Source of the DNA: Histomonas meleagridis 2922-C6/04-290x
Lineage: Eukaryota > Protista > Parabasalia
Length of the DNA: 64,000 bases
Assembly: GCA_020184695.1 (NCBI GenBank)
Contig: JAANOX010000007.1
Coordinates: forward strand, 62,001-126,000
Direction: 5' to 3'
The notes under the pieces were generated by a model. The model was not told the origin of the DNA. It was given only the letters and a program-made list of their open reading frames with translations, and did not search any database. This document shows, piece after piece, positions 11,349-24,255 of the stretch (position 1 is the stretch's first letter; every line of letters begins with the position of its first letter). The position numbers and the translations under genes are program-made.

Positions 11349-12580
11349 TAAAAAGAATTTAACCGACTGACTCAGTTCCGATTCCCCAAACCTTCAACTG
11401 TTTCAAAAAGTCAAGTTATTTAAGAGAACACAACCAAAGCAGTTTTTTGAATGCGTTGTAATTCGAATCACACGTTGATTTTCAATGGTCTTCACAGAAT
11501 TTTCTGAGGGGGTTTGGTATTTGTGATGATAGCGCACAACCTATGGTATCGGACCCCATAATTTTCTGAAATCTAATTCAATTCAACACAATTGTTCACA
11601 GTTGTTGTAAAATTTACTTAAATTTTCCAATTCAAAATTCGATAATTAAAATGGGAAGGTGCAATCAAATAAACGTATTCCCCTGAACATTAAAATTTAA
11701 AATTAAATTTATCAAATACTCAAGCGCTGGTGCAATTACACTCCACACGATGTGACAGTTCATTATGATAACCTGTTTAGATACATATATTTGAAAATTA
11801 AAATAACTTGAAAATTTTGATTTAGATAATCAGTTTACAATCAATATTTTTAACGGATAAACAGAGGAAATATGTTTTGAAGTCATTGCTATATATTATT
11901 TTTTCAAACTTTTTTTAAAAATAAATTTTTTATGATAAAAAAAAGAATTTAAGAAGACTAAAAAACTCTAGGATTTATATGATGAAAATCTTCTAAGTTA
12001 TTAATTTAACTTGTTTATTAAGTAAATTTTATCCCTCAACACATTTATTCTTACTTGTAATACTTAAATTAGAAAAACATATTAACAAATACCAAAGCCA
12101 CTTTACTTAAATTTTTCTTTTTAAGCTGGTATCAAATTTATAAAAGTGGCATTTTTGAGGGGATTTAACATTATTAAAAACAGAAATATCTTCATTAGAA
12201 TTTCCTTTATGAAGAATATAACAATTGGAATTAAATTTGATACGATTATTTTATATAATTAATAAAAAAGTACTTTTTTTATCAATGTTTTGGTTTTCTC
12301 TTGTTAAAATAAACTTCTATTTCCATGATTTTATTTTATAAGTCTTTTCTTTTAAATGCGTTCACCTATTTTCTTAAATGTTAAAAAATGAAAATATTCG
12401 ATTTATGTTTCATTGATTAATTTCTAAATAAAATTGATTATATTTATTAGCTATAATAATAAATCATATCATTCTCCAAAAACTTAGATGAAACATAATA
12501 TTTTTAAATCGTCATATTATTTTAAATTTCTTTTATAATGTTTTTTGGTGCATAAATTTTTAAACGTTCACCAATCTTGA

Positions 12581-15184
12581 ATGCTAAGAAGGAAAGGAGG
12601 AAAACTAAAAAAATTCGAATTTTCTGATTCAACTGATTCTGAATACTCTCTTTCCGATTCAATTAGTCATGGTGAAGATGGTAATCCTAATATAATAGAA
12701 TCTGAATCAAGTGAAAATCCCATTTCAAGTCCTCAATTCATTACAGATGCTAATTTATATAATTCACCAGATCGAAAACTATGGACGTCCAAATCCGAAA
12801 TTAATATCAAAGATTCAAGTCATTTAACAGATCACATTAATATAAAACATACTTTCCACTGGTTTTCTGGTGTCTTTATTCCTGTATTTTATAATCTTCT
12901 ATGTGTTACATATTTCCTTGATTTACATCGTACGATTTCAAACATTGGTTGGGGCTATAGTCTTCTTTTTCATTTTATTACCACATGTGTTTCCATTGGA
13001 ACACTTACAAGTATTTGTGTTATTGCCACTAATGGAGAAATGAAAGAAGGCGGATGTTATTATTTATTATCACGTACACTTGGTCCCGAAATTGGGGCTG
13101 CCATTGGTATTACTATTGTTATAGCGCATTCTACCTCTGTATCTCTTCGATTACATTATGTTTCTCTTCTTATCACAAATTTTTATTCATCGAAACCACT
13201 TTTGTCATCACTTTATTGGGATCGCGTTTTATGGCAATTTCTTTTAAACATCATTGTTTTATTTTTAGGCCTTCCTTCGATCAAATTTATCATAATTTTT
13301 CTGATGACATTATCGCCAATTTTATTAATTTCTATTGTTAGTAATTTTTTAGGGTTTTTTATTCGTAAGCCTGGTGATCCAACATATTTTACTGGGTTAT
13401 CTACTGAAACATTAATAAAAAATTTTAATCATTCGATAAATAATGTTTGGCAAATATTACAATTTTTAGGTGTTTTATTTCCTGCGTCAAATGCAGTAAT
13501 GACATGTGCGAATTTTAGTGGAAATTTAAGGAACACTGGTAAATCTATACCTATTGGAGCTTTTTCTGCTATTTTTTTATCAGTTTTAATCATATTGATA
13601 ACAATTTTATTACAATCATCATCATTTAATATAACAAGTGATGAAAGTTTTTTGTTTATTAATAACTCAGCTGTACCAATTTTAGGTTATATTGGTTTTA
13701 TTTGTTCATCAATTTGTTCATCAATTACAATGAACACTGGTGGCACACGTATATTAATAACATTAATAAATGATAAATTATTACCCAAATTTTTAAAGAA
13801 GATAAAAATCAAGAACGAATTTTTAAGTTGTCATTTAATAGTTACTATAATATCATTATTATTTTCGTTTATAGATAATCCAACGTTATTAACGCAAATT
13901 ACAAATATTATATTTTTGATACCATTTTCATTTATCAATCTTACAGTATATATTGCTGATTCAGCACATTATCCAGGATTTAGACCTTCTTTTACATTTT
14001 ATAATCGATATGTTTCATTGTTTTTATCGATCATCTGTATCATTCGTATGTTTTTAATAAAATGGGAATATTCATTAATTTTTATTATCATATTTATAAT
14101 CATTTGGTACATATATAAGCGATTAAAACTTAATGATAATTGGGGTACTGTTACTCAATCACATATCTTTTATTCGACTTATAAAGAAGAATTAAATTTA
14201 TATCATATTAAACCTCATGTAAAAACATATCGACCGAATTTAATATTAATCACATTATTACATCCTGATTTAATACGGAACACAATTGATTTTATTAATG
14301 AATTATTGAATGGCCATGGAATGGTATCTGTTGGCCGTATATTTATAACTAATAATTATTTAAATGATTATAACTTTAATAAGTTAATAGAAGAACGTGA
14401 TGGTACTTATTTAACAGATGATTATAATTATCATACATTTTATGATATAACTATATCTAAAACTTTTGTTGAGGGGTTACAAGACTTATTATTATTAATG
14501 GGAATAGGAATGATGAGACCTAATACATTATGTTTAATTTATCCAAAGTTTTGGTATGATAATGAAAATGTAATTAATTATAATAATTATAATGAATTTA
14601 TCGATGCTATTAAATATGCTATGAATACGAAATATTCGATTTGTATCTTAAGAAACATCGAATTAATATCTGAAATTAATAACAATAAAAAGAATATCGA
14701 TGTTTGGTGGCTATTTGATGATGGAGGATTAACTTTGTTACTTTCATATTTATTATTAAAGAATAAAAAATGGAAAAATTTGAATTTACGTGTAATAAAA
14801 ATTATGAAAATTAATGGAGAAAATGAAAACGAAATCATTAAACTATTATATAAATTTCGTATTAATGCAGAAATTATTATAATCGATGAAAATGATTTAA
14901 ATATTTCAAAGTGTACTTTGGATAAATGGAATGAATTAATGAAAAAAATTAATTATAATAATATAAATGAAATGGATATAATGAATAATAAATGTTTAAT
15001 ATTAACTGATCTGATTAAGAAGTATAGCTCTGACGCAGCTTTCATCGCTTTGACATTGGAAATCCCAAATGAAAATTTGGATAACGACATTTACATGTCG
15101 TGGATGGAAATGATAAGTGATATTGACATCCCGTTTATGTTTATAAGAGGTAACGGCGAAAATACTTTAAGTTGGACTGTGTAA
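12581..15184 (+). CDS. SLC12 cation-chloride cotransporter / amino acid permease family protein
   Basis: ATNGEMKEGGCYYLLSRTLGPEIGAAIG, FSGNLRN.GKSIP.G, PGFRPSF.FYN, PHVKTYRPN, GIGMMRPNTL and IDVWWLFDDGGLTLLLSYLL motifs; intact 867-aa ORF. Confidence 0.93.
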   Translation: MLRRKGGKLKKFEFSDSTDSEYSLSDSISHGEDGNPNIIESESSENPISSPQFITDANLYNSPDRKLWTSKSEINIKDSSHLTDHINIKHTFHWFSGVFIPVFYNLLCVTYFLDLHRTISNIGWGYSLLFHFITTCVSIGTLTSICVIATNGEMKEGGCYYLLSRTLGPEIGAAIGITIVIAHSTSVSLRLHYVSLLITNFYSSKPLLSSLYWDRVLWQFLLNIIVLFLGLPSIKFIIIFLMTLSPILLISIVSNFLGFFIRKPGDPTYFTGLSTETLIKNFNHSINNVWQILQFLGVLFPASNAVMTCANFSGNLRNTGKSIPIGAFSAIFLSVLIILITILLQSSSFNITSDESFLFINNSAVPILGYIGFICSSICSSITMNTGGTRILITLINDKLLPKFLKKIKIKNEFLSCHLIVTIISLLFSFIDNPTLLTQITNIIFLIPFSFINLTVYIADSAHYPGFRPSFTFYNRYVSLFLSIICIIRMFLIKWEYSLIFIIIFIIIWYIYKRLKLNDNWGTVTQSHIFYSTYKEELNLYHIKPHVKTYRPNLILITLLHPDLIRNTIDFINELLNGHGMVSVGRIFITNNYLNDYNFNKLIEERDGTYLTDDYNYHTFYDITISKTFVEGLQDLLLLMGIGMMRPNTLCLIYPKFWYDNENVINYNNYNEFIDAIKYAMNTKYSICILRNIELISEINNNKKNIDVWWLFDDGGLTLLLSYLLLKNKKWKNLNLRVIKIMKINGENENEIIKLLYKFRINAEIIIIDENDLNISKCTLDKWNELMKKINYNNINEMDIMNNKCLILTDLIKKYSSDAAFIALTLEIPNENLDNDIYMSWMEMISDIDIPFMFIRGNGENTLSWTV

Positions 15185-15236
15185 ATAAATTTTCAAATAT
15201 TATTTAGAAATAAAAAATTATTAAATATTTATTTTA

Positions 15237-17407
15237 ATGAACAAAGAAATTATTCAATTTAAAGGATTAAATATTCATTCATTATCATTTGGTACTAATG
15301 ATTCATATCTTAAAGCTATGGAACCTAAAATTATTAAGATATTACCATTAGTTGAAAAATCTTATGCAATTCATGGTAAGATTAGTCCTGAATTATTAAA
15401 GTCATTAACAGAACTTCGAACAGATTTAATTACAATCATTAATAAAGAAACTAAGAATCCTTATGAATTAATTGAAAAACTTAAGACAGCTACAGATGTC
15501 CAAAAAGTTATTTCTAATTCTATGCAAAAGATTGGTGTATCTACAAAGAATTTAATTGAATCAGTCCAAAATAGAAATAAATCATCTAAAACTCAAGCAA
15601 TTGCAGAAATCATTGAATATGTCTCTAATTCTATAGCAGCTATATTCCAAAGGATTAAAATGTTACATCATGTGAAAATGATTCGATTTATAATGATTGT
15701 ATTAGAATATTCGATTCTTCTTTAATATCAGTACGTTCAATGATTGATATCCTTAAGACTTCTGCAGTTTCTTCTACTTCTATTCGTAGATCTACACGTT
15801 CATTTAATAGAATGTTTGATTCGATGCTTGATATTATGGAAGATACTAATATCCCAATTTATAAACAAAAGCCTACATCAGATATCGGTAAATCTAAATT
15901 AGAATTCATGAGAATTGCTTCTGATGTAATTAAATCATTATCTTCAACTATTACAGCTAGAGCAGAATCTAAAATCCCCGAAACATTTGAATTCACAAGT
16001 CGAAAAAAATTAGAGAAATCTATGAAAGAATTAGAAACTAAAATCAACTAAATTATTACAATTAAATACTGATAAACAAGCAGAGAAAGAATTTAATAAT
16101 TTATTTGTTACTATTAAAGAACAATTTGGACAATTCAAAGCTAATGCTAAAAATCCAACATTAAACAAAACAAGATTCGGCATTATTTGATTTAACTCAT
16201 GACTTCATTAACTTAAGTGATTCATTTGGTGGGTTAACACGTGTTATTAATAAGTTAACTGATGCTGTACCTATAGTACCTGATTTAGAAAATGCCGAAA
16301 AACTTAAGAAACGTTATGTAATGCCATCAGTACCTAAAGACACTGCTAATTTGAAAGTTATTGATTCAGTTAAGAAGTTAAATGAATATATTAATATTTA
16401 TCAACAAAAGTCTAAAGCATTTTATGGATTATTCCCTAATGCAAAGAATGCACAATTAGCAGATTCAATGAACGAAGTATATACAGCTATAGATAATGTC
16501 GTATTACAAACATTAAGAGTTTCAGCTATATCGATGAACTTAGAATTGCAAAGTGGTTTAGCAACTACTTGTAGTAACATTGCAGTAAATTATGATTCAT
16601 TACTTAAGGAATTACGTAGTAGATTCATGTTAAGTGGTGATTGGGATGGACAATCACCGAAATATAGAGAAAACATTAAGAACGCAATTGAAGAGACACA
16701 GAAAATCGCGCAAAAGGCATTAGAAATAGCCGAAGAAGAAGCTAAAGCACAAAAATGCAGTTAACGCTAAGTTCACTAATGTATTAAATCCATTAACACA
16801 AGTTAAATCATCATTAGAAACTTATAATGATAAAGTCAAGACAATGAAGTCAAGTATCTCACGTGAATATGCTACAAACATGTTAGGAATTGGTATCACT
16901 TTATGCGACTCTGTAAATCATGTTGTGTTACATGCGAAGGCACATCCAAGTAGTGAAGAAAGCGTCGATAGTTATCTTTCATTAACTGAAGAAGTAACTG
17001 AACAAATGAAATTATTACTCGACGCGTCAACTAAAATTACTTCACAAGAAAAGAAAGTCGAAGAACCCGAAACTTTAGTCATCGACAGAATGAAAGGATT
17101 AAATGGAATCGGAGAGAAATTCGCAAAGCCGCATAACAATGAGTCACCTGAAGCAAAGGCACTGAGAGAAGGCGTAGTGGTAATATGTAAAGGTGCAAAC
17201 GCATTAGCAAACTCCGCAGAAACTGCTTTGAACAATAAGAGAGAACAAAGGAAGAAACAAGAAGAAGCTGCAAAGAAGGGCGGCGCTGTCGTGAGAGTTG
17301 GAACAACAAAGGAAAGTTTGCTCAAGAGATTGGAGCTCGAGTCAAGAGTCATTAGAGCACGTATCATACTCGAGAAGTCTGAGAAGAATCTCGCTGAACT
17401 TGGATGA
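15237..17407 (+). CDS. Talin/HIP1-like helical-bundle protein with a possible C-terminal I/LWEQ-type region; split by several single-base indels
   Basis: ORF pieces 15237-15725, 15740-16051, 16321-16764 and 16844-17407 join via 1-nt indels (about 15657, 16040, 16750). C-terminus LELESRVIRARIILEKSEKNLAEL resembles the end of I/LWEQ domains. Family call tentative. Confidence 0.45.
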
Positions 17408-17755
17408 AATGAGGAGAAAATTTAACTAAAAAATTAATTAAAATTACTGTGATGTTTTATACAGAAGAATATGGAAACATTTGGAAAGGTCATCAGATGC
17501 GTCCTCATGTAATTACTTCTTTAATATAAACTTCGCAAGCAAATATATTATTCTGGACATGAGTTTCCAAATATTTGGTGTGAAACTTGTATAATTTACA
17601 TGGAGAAAAACGACAAAAAGTGCAAACGTTGTACAGTTGTGTAATGCTTTGAAATGATGCTGTAAACAGCTGCCGATGGATTTTTCTATAGAACGATAAT
17701 GAATTTTGAGTGAAAAGTTTTCTTGCATTGAATTACCTTATTTACAGTTTGGACA

Positions 17756-20162
17756 ATCCTGGTGTTTCTGTTTTTCTTCCTTTCTCTAACTGAAATTACT
17801 CGTTTCAGTACTTGGTGTAATGGCATTTCAACAGGAGATTGCGAAACTGAACTCCAACAAACAGATAATGAATTTTTCTTTTTCACATATTGGTGAAAAA
17901 GATTATTCTGTTACATCACCTCGTATCTCATGGCATCCTGGTGATGAAGTAACTGTTACTGGCGATGTTTTTTATATAAAAGGAGATGCTAAATTTCAAA
18001 TCATTCCATACGATTTTAATAATGAACCAGATTGGTCATTTCAATCTTATCCAGTTGTTGATTCACCTGGCGAATATACTACATATACTAGAAAATGGAT
18101 TATTCCAGGAAATTCACGTAATTTCACATTTCGTTTTTGTCGGAAGTAATATTACCAATTTTAAGTTTAAATCTATAAAGTGGGATATAACTGGTCACTA
18201 CGATGCACCCACAATTCGAAATGTCGAACTTGAAAATTCAAACATCAAATTAACATATGATACTCTTTTATTAAATATGACAATTTATGATAAAACCACT
18301 CAACGAACTTGACTCAACGTAGACAAACTATTGGTGGCACTACAATAAATTTAAAAACGACCAGTAGTTCAATTTCTATTGATACAATTACACCAGATAA
18401 TCTTATTCACTTTAATATTGAACTTTTAGAGGATGGATTTCGATCTACAGTTGCTCTTGATAACAATGACTCCGAAATTCTTCCACCAGATTATCCGTTT
18501 CCATTTATCTCTTCACTTGGAGATCGTATTGTACTTCCATACTGTGAAGGCATCACACTTCCTGTTGATTTAACCGAACTTCTTGGACGTGATGAATTTT
18601 ATTATAGTATTTATAGTTTATCAATGGGATTTGTTGGTCAAACAAATGATCAAAGTTCAATGATAATAATATTTGAAACGCCTTATGATAGTTCAGTAGC
18701 CGTTGTCCGTTATAATGAAGAATATTTATATATTAAACCACGATTTAGTCTTGAGAAAGGCCGTTTTTCATATCCTCGAAAACTTCGTTATGTCTTTTTA
18801 GAAGGAAATCATGTTTCTATAGCCAAAAGATATCGAAAATATGCGCAAGAAAAAGGATATTTAGTACCATTTACAGAGAAAATTAAAACTCGTCCAAACG
18901 TTGATAAATTAATTGGCTCAGTTAATGTATGGACTGTTGGTAGTTTTAATATTAATAAAATCAAATTATATACCGAAATGCAATCGTTAGGAATCGAACG
19001 AATATTATCATCAGGTGGAGGATCAATCAGTGAAGTTAATTATATGAATAATAATATGACTAATATCCTTTCAAGTCGATATGATATTTATCAAGATCAA
19101 ATGGATCCCGAAAATATTATCAAAGGTTATGTAAGTAATTCGACAGCATATTTTTATGATGCATTTCCTGATGATGTTATTGTTGATGAAAATAATCAAA
19201 TAATTACTTCATGGTCAGTAAATAATTTATCATGTCCAGCAGGTTCAACACTTGAAGAATGTCCACGAGTTGGTTGTCCAGTATTATGTGACTTAAGAGC
19301 GCCTGAATATGCAAAGAAGAAACTTGATAAAGAAATTTCTTCTGGTTATAACTTCACAACACGATTTATTGATACGACATTTTGCATCACCTTATCGTGA
19401 ATGTTATCATCCAGATCATCCTATGACTCGAACAATGTCATTAGAAGCACGAATCGAACTTTTAAAGGAATATACAAATCGTGGATTTGTTGTAGGAACA
19501 GAGAATGGTAAAGAACAAGCTATACCTAATTGCGATTTCTTTGAAGGAATGATGAGTCCTGGCGAATATAGAGTACCTAACTCTGGAAGAGATTTAGAAA
19601 CAGTGTTTACTTATGTTCCTGAAGAAACTCAATATATGGTTGATGAAACTTTACGAATTCCTTTGTTCGAACTTGTTTATCATGATTGTGTTATAAGTTA
19701 TTGGTATTGGGGAGATCATAATTCGAAAGTAATTCCTCAATGGGATAAAAGAGATTTGTTTAATCGATTATATGGAACTCCGCCAATGTTTTTGTGTTTA
19801 ATCAAACAATTTGGGAAAGATATAAAAAAATAGATTCGTTCAATCTTATAAAACTGCAGAAGAAATTTCTTATTTAACTGGATATTATGAAATGACTGAT
19901 CATAAATATTTGTCTGATGATTGGAAAAGTACAACAAACAGTGTTCGGTAATAATAGGGTTATTGTCACCGTAAATTTCGGTGATAAAAAATTCGGAGGT
20001 ATTGAACCAATGAGTAGTACTGTCGTCGTTTATACAGATGCACCTCCTTGGGCAATTGCTGTAATTGTAATTGCTGCTGTGGTAATTGATGGAATAACTT
20101 TTCTTGTCCTTTTTATAATGAATAGAAAAAAAGGTGAAGAAAAAGACTCCAATGAAGATTAA
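17756..20162 (+). CDS. Bacterial-type glycoside hydrolase (DUF5696/GH101-GH129-like) with possible N-terminal CBM and C-terminal TM anchor; frameshifted
   Basis: The pieces join by 1-nt indels (e.g. TG|ACT for TGG ACT at about 18310; an extra T at about 19380). Motifs RYDIYQD, FIDTTFASPYRECYHPDHPMTR, GTENG.E, IPLFELVYHDCV..W.WGD, LYGTPP. Hydrophobic leader near 17756 (start not resolved) and TM WAIAVIVIAAVVIDGITFLVLFIM. Confidence 0.55.
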
Positions 20163-20211
20163 AAATAATGTGACTTAAATAAATATTAATATAAATGATG
20201 GAAATTTCTGT

Positions 20212-20636
20212 ATTTAACAGATCACATTAATATAAAACATACTTTCCACTGGTTTTCTGGTGTCTTTATTCCTGTATTTTATAATCTTCTATGTGTTACA
20301 TATTTTCTTGCTTTACATCGTACAATTTCAAACATTGGTTGGGGCTATAGTCTTCTTTTTATTTTATTACCACATGTGTTTCCATTGGAACACTTACAAG
20401 TATTTGTGTTATTGCCACTAATGGAGAAATGAAAGAAGGCGGATGTTATTATTTATTATCACGTACACTTGGTCCCGAAATTGGGGCTGCCATTGGTATT
20501 ACTATTGTTATAGCGCATTCTACCTCTGTATCTCTTCGATTACATTATGTTTCTCTTCTTATCACAAATTTTTATTCATCAAAACCACTTTTGTCGTCAC
20601 TTTATTGGGATCGCGTTTTATGGCAATTTCTTTTAA
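20212..20636 (+). pseudogene. Duplicated internal fragment of the SLC12 gene (copy of 12822-13247)
   Basis: About 425 nt, near identical with only a few substitutions and one deletion; lacks the start and 3' part; ends against the stop of ankyrin locus B. Confidence 0.9.
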
Positions 20637-21298
20637 TTAGCCCCTTTTTCATTTAGTAATTTAACTATTTCTGTATGACCATTTGAAGATGCACAAATAA
20701 GTGCTGTATCAAATAATTTATATAATTTCCAAATATTATTTTGAAATATCAAATTATTAAAATAAATATTAAATAAAACAAATAAATAGATTTAGCATTA
20801 ATATCAATTCCTTCTTGTTCAAGAAGTAATTTAACTATTTCTGTATGACCATTTGAAGATGCACAAATAAGTGCTGTTCTAAATAATTTATATAATTTCC
20901 AAATATTATTTTGAAATATTAAATTATTAAAATAAATATTAAATAAAAACAAATAAATATCCTGAGCATTAATATCAATTCCTTTTTGTTCAAGAAGTAA
21001 CTTAACTATTTCTGTACGACCATTATAAGATGCATAAATAAGTGCTGTTCTAAATAATTTAAATAATTTCCAAATATTATTTGTAAATATAAAATTATTA
21101 AAATAAATATTAAATAAAACAAATAAATATTTTTAGCATTAATATCAATTCCTTCTTGTTCAAGAAGTAATTTAACTATTTCGGCGTAACCAAATTCAGA
21201 TGCACAAATAAGTGCTGTATAAATTAATTTACATAATTTCCAGATATTATTTTAAATTATCAAATTATTGAAATTAATATCAAACAAAATAAATAAAT
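20633..21298 (-). repeat. Ankyrin module array with 4 x [17 nt + codon] spacers (locus B)
   Basis: Periods 170,171,170; decoded linkers DDDGYTAL, NNYGRTAL, DNNGRTAL, SNDGDTAL. Confidence 0.9.
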
Positions 21299-22531
21299 AT
21301 CTTTAACATTAATATCAATTCCTTCTTGATTTAAAAGATATTCAACGAGTTCAATGTTCCCTAATTCGGGAGAGTATGCAAAAATATTTTTTGGAATTGG
21401 ATTTTCTTTCAGAAAATACTTAATGAGATAAAGATTTCCAATTTTTACCATATTATTGAGAATATTTTCATTTATTTTTCATTCCATTTTTCTGTAAAAA
21501 AACATAAAAACTTCAATGTTCAAAAACATAATACATAGAGAGCCTAATTTTTCTATATCATCAATTTCGATAATTTTATTTTCATAAAGATAATTAAAAA
21601 TATCATTTCGATGAAATTCAATTGCTGTTTCATATGCATCTTTAAATGATGAATGATTTTGTTCACATAAATGAACAATTTCAATGTTTCCACCTGCAAT
21701 TGCATATTTACCTGTGTTTTCCACATCTGCACCATTCATAAGTAAATATTTAAAACATTTAATTGAAGAAAAAAATGCTGCATAATCAATTAATGAAACA
21801 TTTTCTTCATTAATAAATGAACATCTTTCATAAAGTGATGGTTTAATTTTTTGATTAAAATCAAATTTTGGTTGTGATGTTATTTCTTGAAGTTTTTCAA
21901 TTTCATCATTTCGAATTATTTTTGCAATTTCATTTGGATTATGTCCTTCTTCAATATATTTCTTATGAAGTTCCCAATCATTCTTTGATAATTCTTCATA
22001 ATTAGCAATGATTTGGTTAAAAGAGCTAAAATTTTTTTGTTTATAAATTTCTTCTTTAGACATATAATGGATAAAATATGGATTTTTCTCATCTTACAAT
22101 ATTTTTAGATCAAGAATATTATTTTCATACATTTTCAAAAGTGGATAATATAATTTTTGCTTGTAAATTCCTGTGTAATTTGGATCGAGGTCAATAAATT
22201 TTGCAAAAAGAAGGAAATTAGTAAAAACATCAAAAATTTTAGATTTGACTTTATTGGTTTCTTGAAATTTTTCAATTTCTTTCATAAAATTCAAATATAT
22301 ATCGAAATCATTCTTTTCAATAAAAACACAGATAATAACATAATGACTCATAACAATATTAAATGAATATGGATAACTATAATCAAATATGGAAATAATT
22401 GATTGAGCTGCTTGAGAAATATTTTCTTTATTTAAACCAAATATGATTTGTTGAATTGATTTAATGATTTTCATTTCTTTTGTTCCTGGTTTTTGATTGT
22501 TTTCTTGTAAGTTACTCTTTTTCTCCAACAT
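20633..22531 (-). CDS. DUF3447-ankyrin gene, locus B (4 interrupted modules); in-frame TAA and compensating indels, possible pseudogene
   Basis: ATG at 22531 (MLEKK); in-frame TAA at 22094-22096; -1/+1 homopolymer indels at about 21500/21478; modules at 21218, 21048, 20877 and 20707; ends KLLNEKGAN* at 20633. Confidence 0.7.
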
Positions 22532-23176
22532 GAAACAAAAAAAAATGTCAGTTTTAACTCCCCTCAAATCAATTTGCCACACATCATCTCATATAAATAG
22601 ATTTTATCAAAGGGCTATGAAATGTAAAGGGAAATAGGCTGAGAAAAAAATTATTACGTTTACAAGCTATCATTTATTTATGGTAATCTTTAATTAAAAA
22701 TTTCTTGAGTGTAAAAGCAAAATTTTTTATAGACATTATAAAGCATTAATTTAATTATTTTTTTTTTCATTCTTTGTGTGGAATATATAATATAACAATG
22801 TAAAGCTAATAGAGCAAATGCAAGTATTTCTTTCCATTCTAGAATTAATAATACAACTACTGAAAGTCTTAAACCTACACATCATATGTAAATAAGGTGC
22901 TCCCCAACCTGATACTTGTATCTTTAAAGCGAAGACTAAAAAAAAAACATAAATTTTCAAAATAATTTTTAAATATAAAATCTCATAAATGTAAGTATTA
23001 TAACAATAATAGATCTTTAATAAATAATAAAACTTTTATTGAGGAGTTACAAGATTTATAACAAAATAAATAATATTACGACAAAAATGTCACTCATAAA
23101 AAAAAGTAAATACAATAAGCGATGGTTTACATAGCAACATATTAAAAGTTAATTTATCTTCATAATGTTTTATATG

Positions 23177-23749
23177 TTACGCTGAAAGTTGTTTTTCTTT
23201 ATCCTGAGGACAACTACAAAACGGACACAAAATAAGAATTACATCCAGTACAAATGAAATGACATATAAATAAAAGAACGCTTCGATGCTTGAGTGATAT
23301 TTATTACATGTTTCTTTATCAAATCGCAATGTTTGTGTTTGGATATTTCTGATGCTTGAACACTTATTTGGTGCTGAATAAGCAAAACAGCATATATCTG
23401 ATGATAAATTGAATAATAGAATTAAAAATAATATAAATAAATAAATGTGGTATATCCTACCAGGGATTTTTTGACGGATTTTGATTGGAATAATCAAGAA
23501 AATTATAATAAAAAAGGCAAGAACAATTGGTGACACCCATGAAATAGTAGTCATAACATATAAAATATACAAGTTGTAACTAATGTTTTCAGAATCTATT
23601 GAGTAATCATATCTAATTTTACTCCAATGTATTCCAGACAAAATAGTAAATGCAATGCAACAAATGATAATTACTAAAATAAGTATAAAAATAATAACAA
23701 AATATGAAAGAAAAATAGCGCTTTCAGTAGGTGAAAATGTAATACTCAT
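23177..23749 (-). CDS. Hypothetical four-TM membrane protein with a Cys-containing loop
   Basis: 190-aa ORF with four hydrophobic segments and a Cys-bearing loop before the last one. Confidence 0.65.
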   Translation of the reverse strand: MSITFSPTESAIFLSYFVIIFILILVIIICCIAFTILSGIHWSKIRYDYSIDSENISYNLYILYVMTTISWVSPIVLAFFIIIFLIIPIKIRQKIPGRIYHIYLFILFLILLFNLSSDICCFAYSAPNKCSSIRNIQTQTLRFDKETCNKYHSSIEAFFYLYVISFVLDVILILCPFCSCPQDKEKQLSA

Positions 23750-24255
23750 TTCGAAAAACTTTGAACATAACTGAAAAAATCACATTTCATGTAAAACAAA
23801 CTATAACAAAAAAATAGATAGTAGGCATAAGTTAAGCAATGAACACAAATTACAAAGATTTGTAAAACATGAGTCCTATTATGCTTTGTTGCAAAAAATT
23901 CTTATCAAAAGTATTTTTTTTTATCATAATATCCAATATGAATTTCAAGAATAAATGTTTTAAAACAAAATAATTTTTAAATCTCATTTTGAAATACTGT
24001 CAATATTTTAAATTCACTAAGCAATTTTATATCAAGGAAAATGTTAGTGAACATTTATTTTGTCATGTACTCCAAGTGTGTTATTTTCATCCATGTTAAA
24101 AGTAATTTTTTGTGTTTCCGACAAGTAAACTTCAAAGCAATTTTTTACAGATGCTAAGAAAGAAGAAAAAATTGATCTTTTATTAAAACTTACTTACATA
24201 TGCAAGTGTATATTTCGTCACTAAAACATATTCAACAAAAAATCAGAAATTTTAT

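Noticed and set aside
15237-20162. 17-nt elements as the cause of frame breaks in non-ankyrin genes
   Set aside because: The breaks I inspected are repaired by one-base indels; no 17-nt insert is needed.
21260-21298. Hydrophobic tail IYLFCLILISII as a membrane anchor
   Set aside because: AT-rich triplets encode I/L/F/Y by composition; length and stop position vary among loci.
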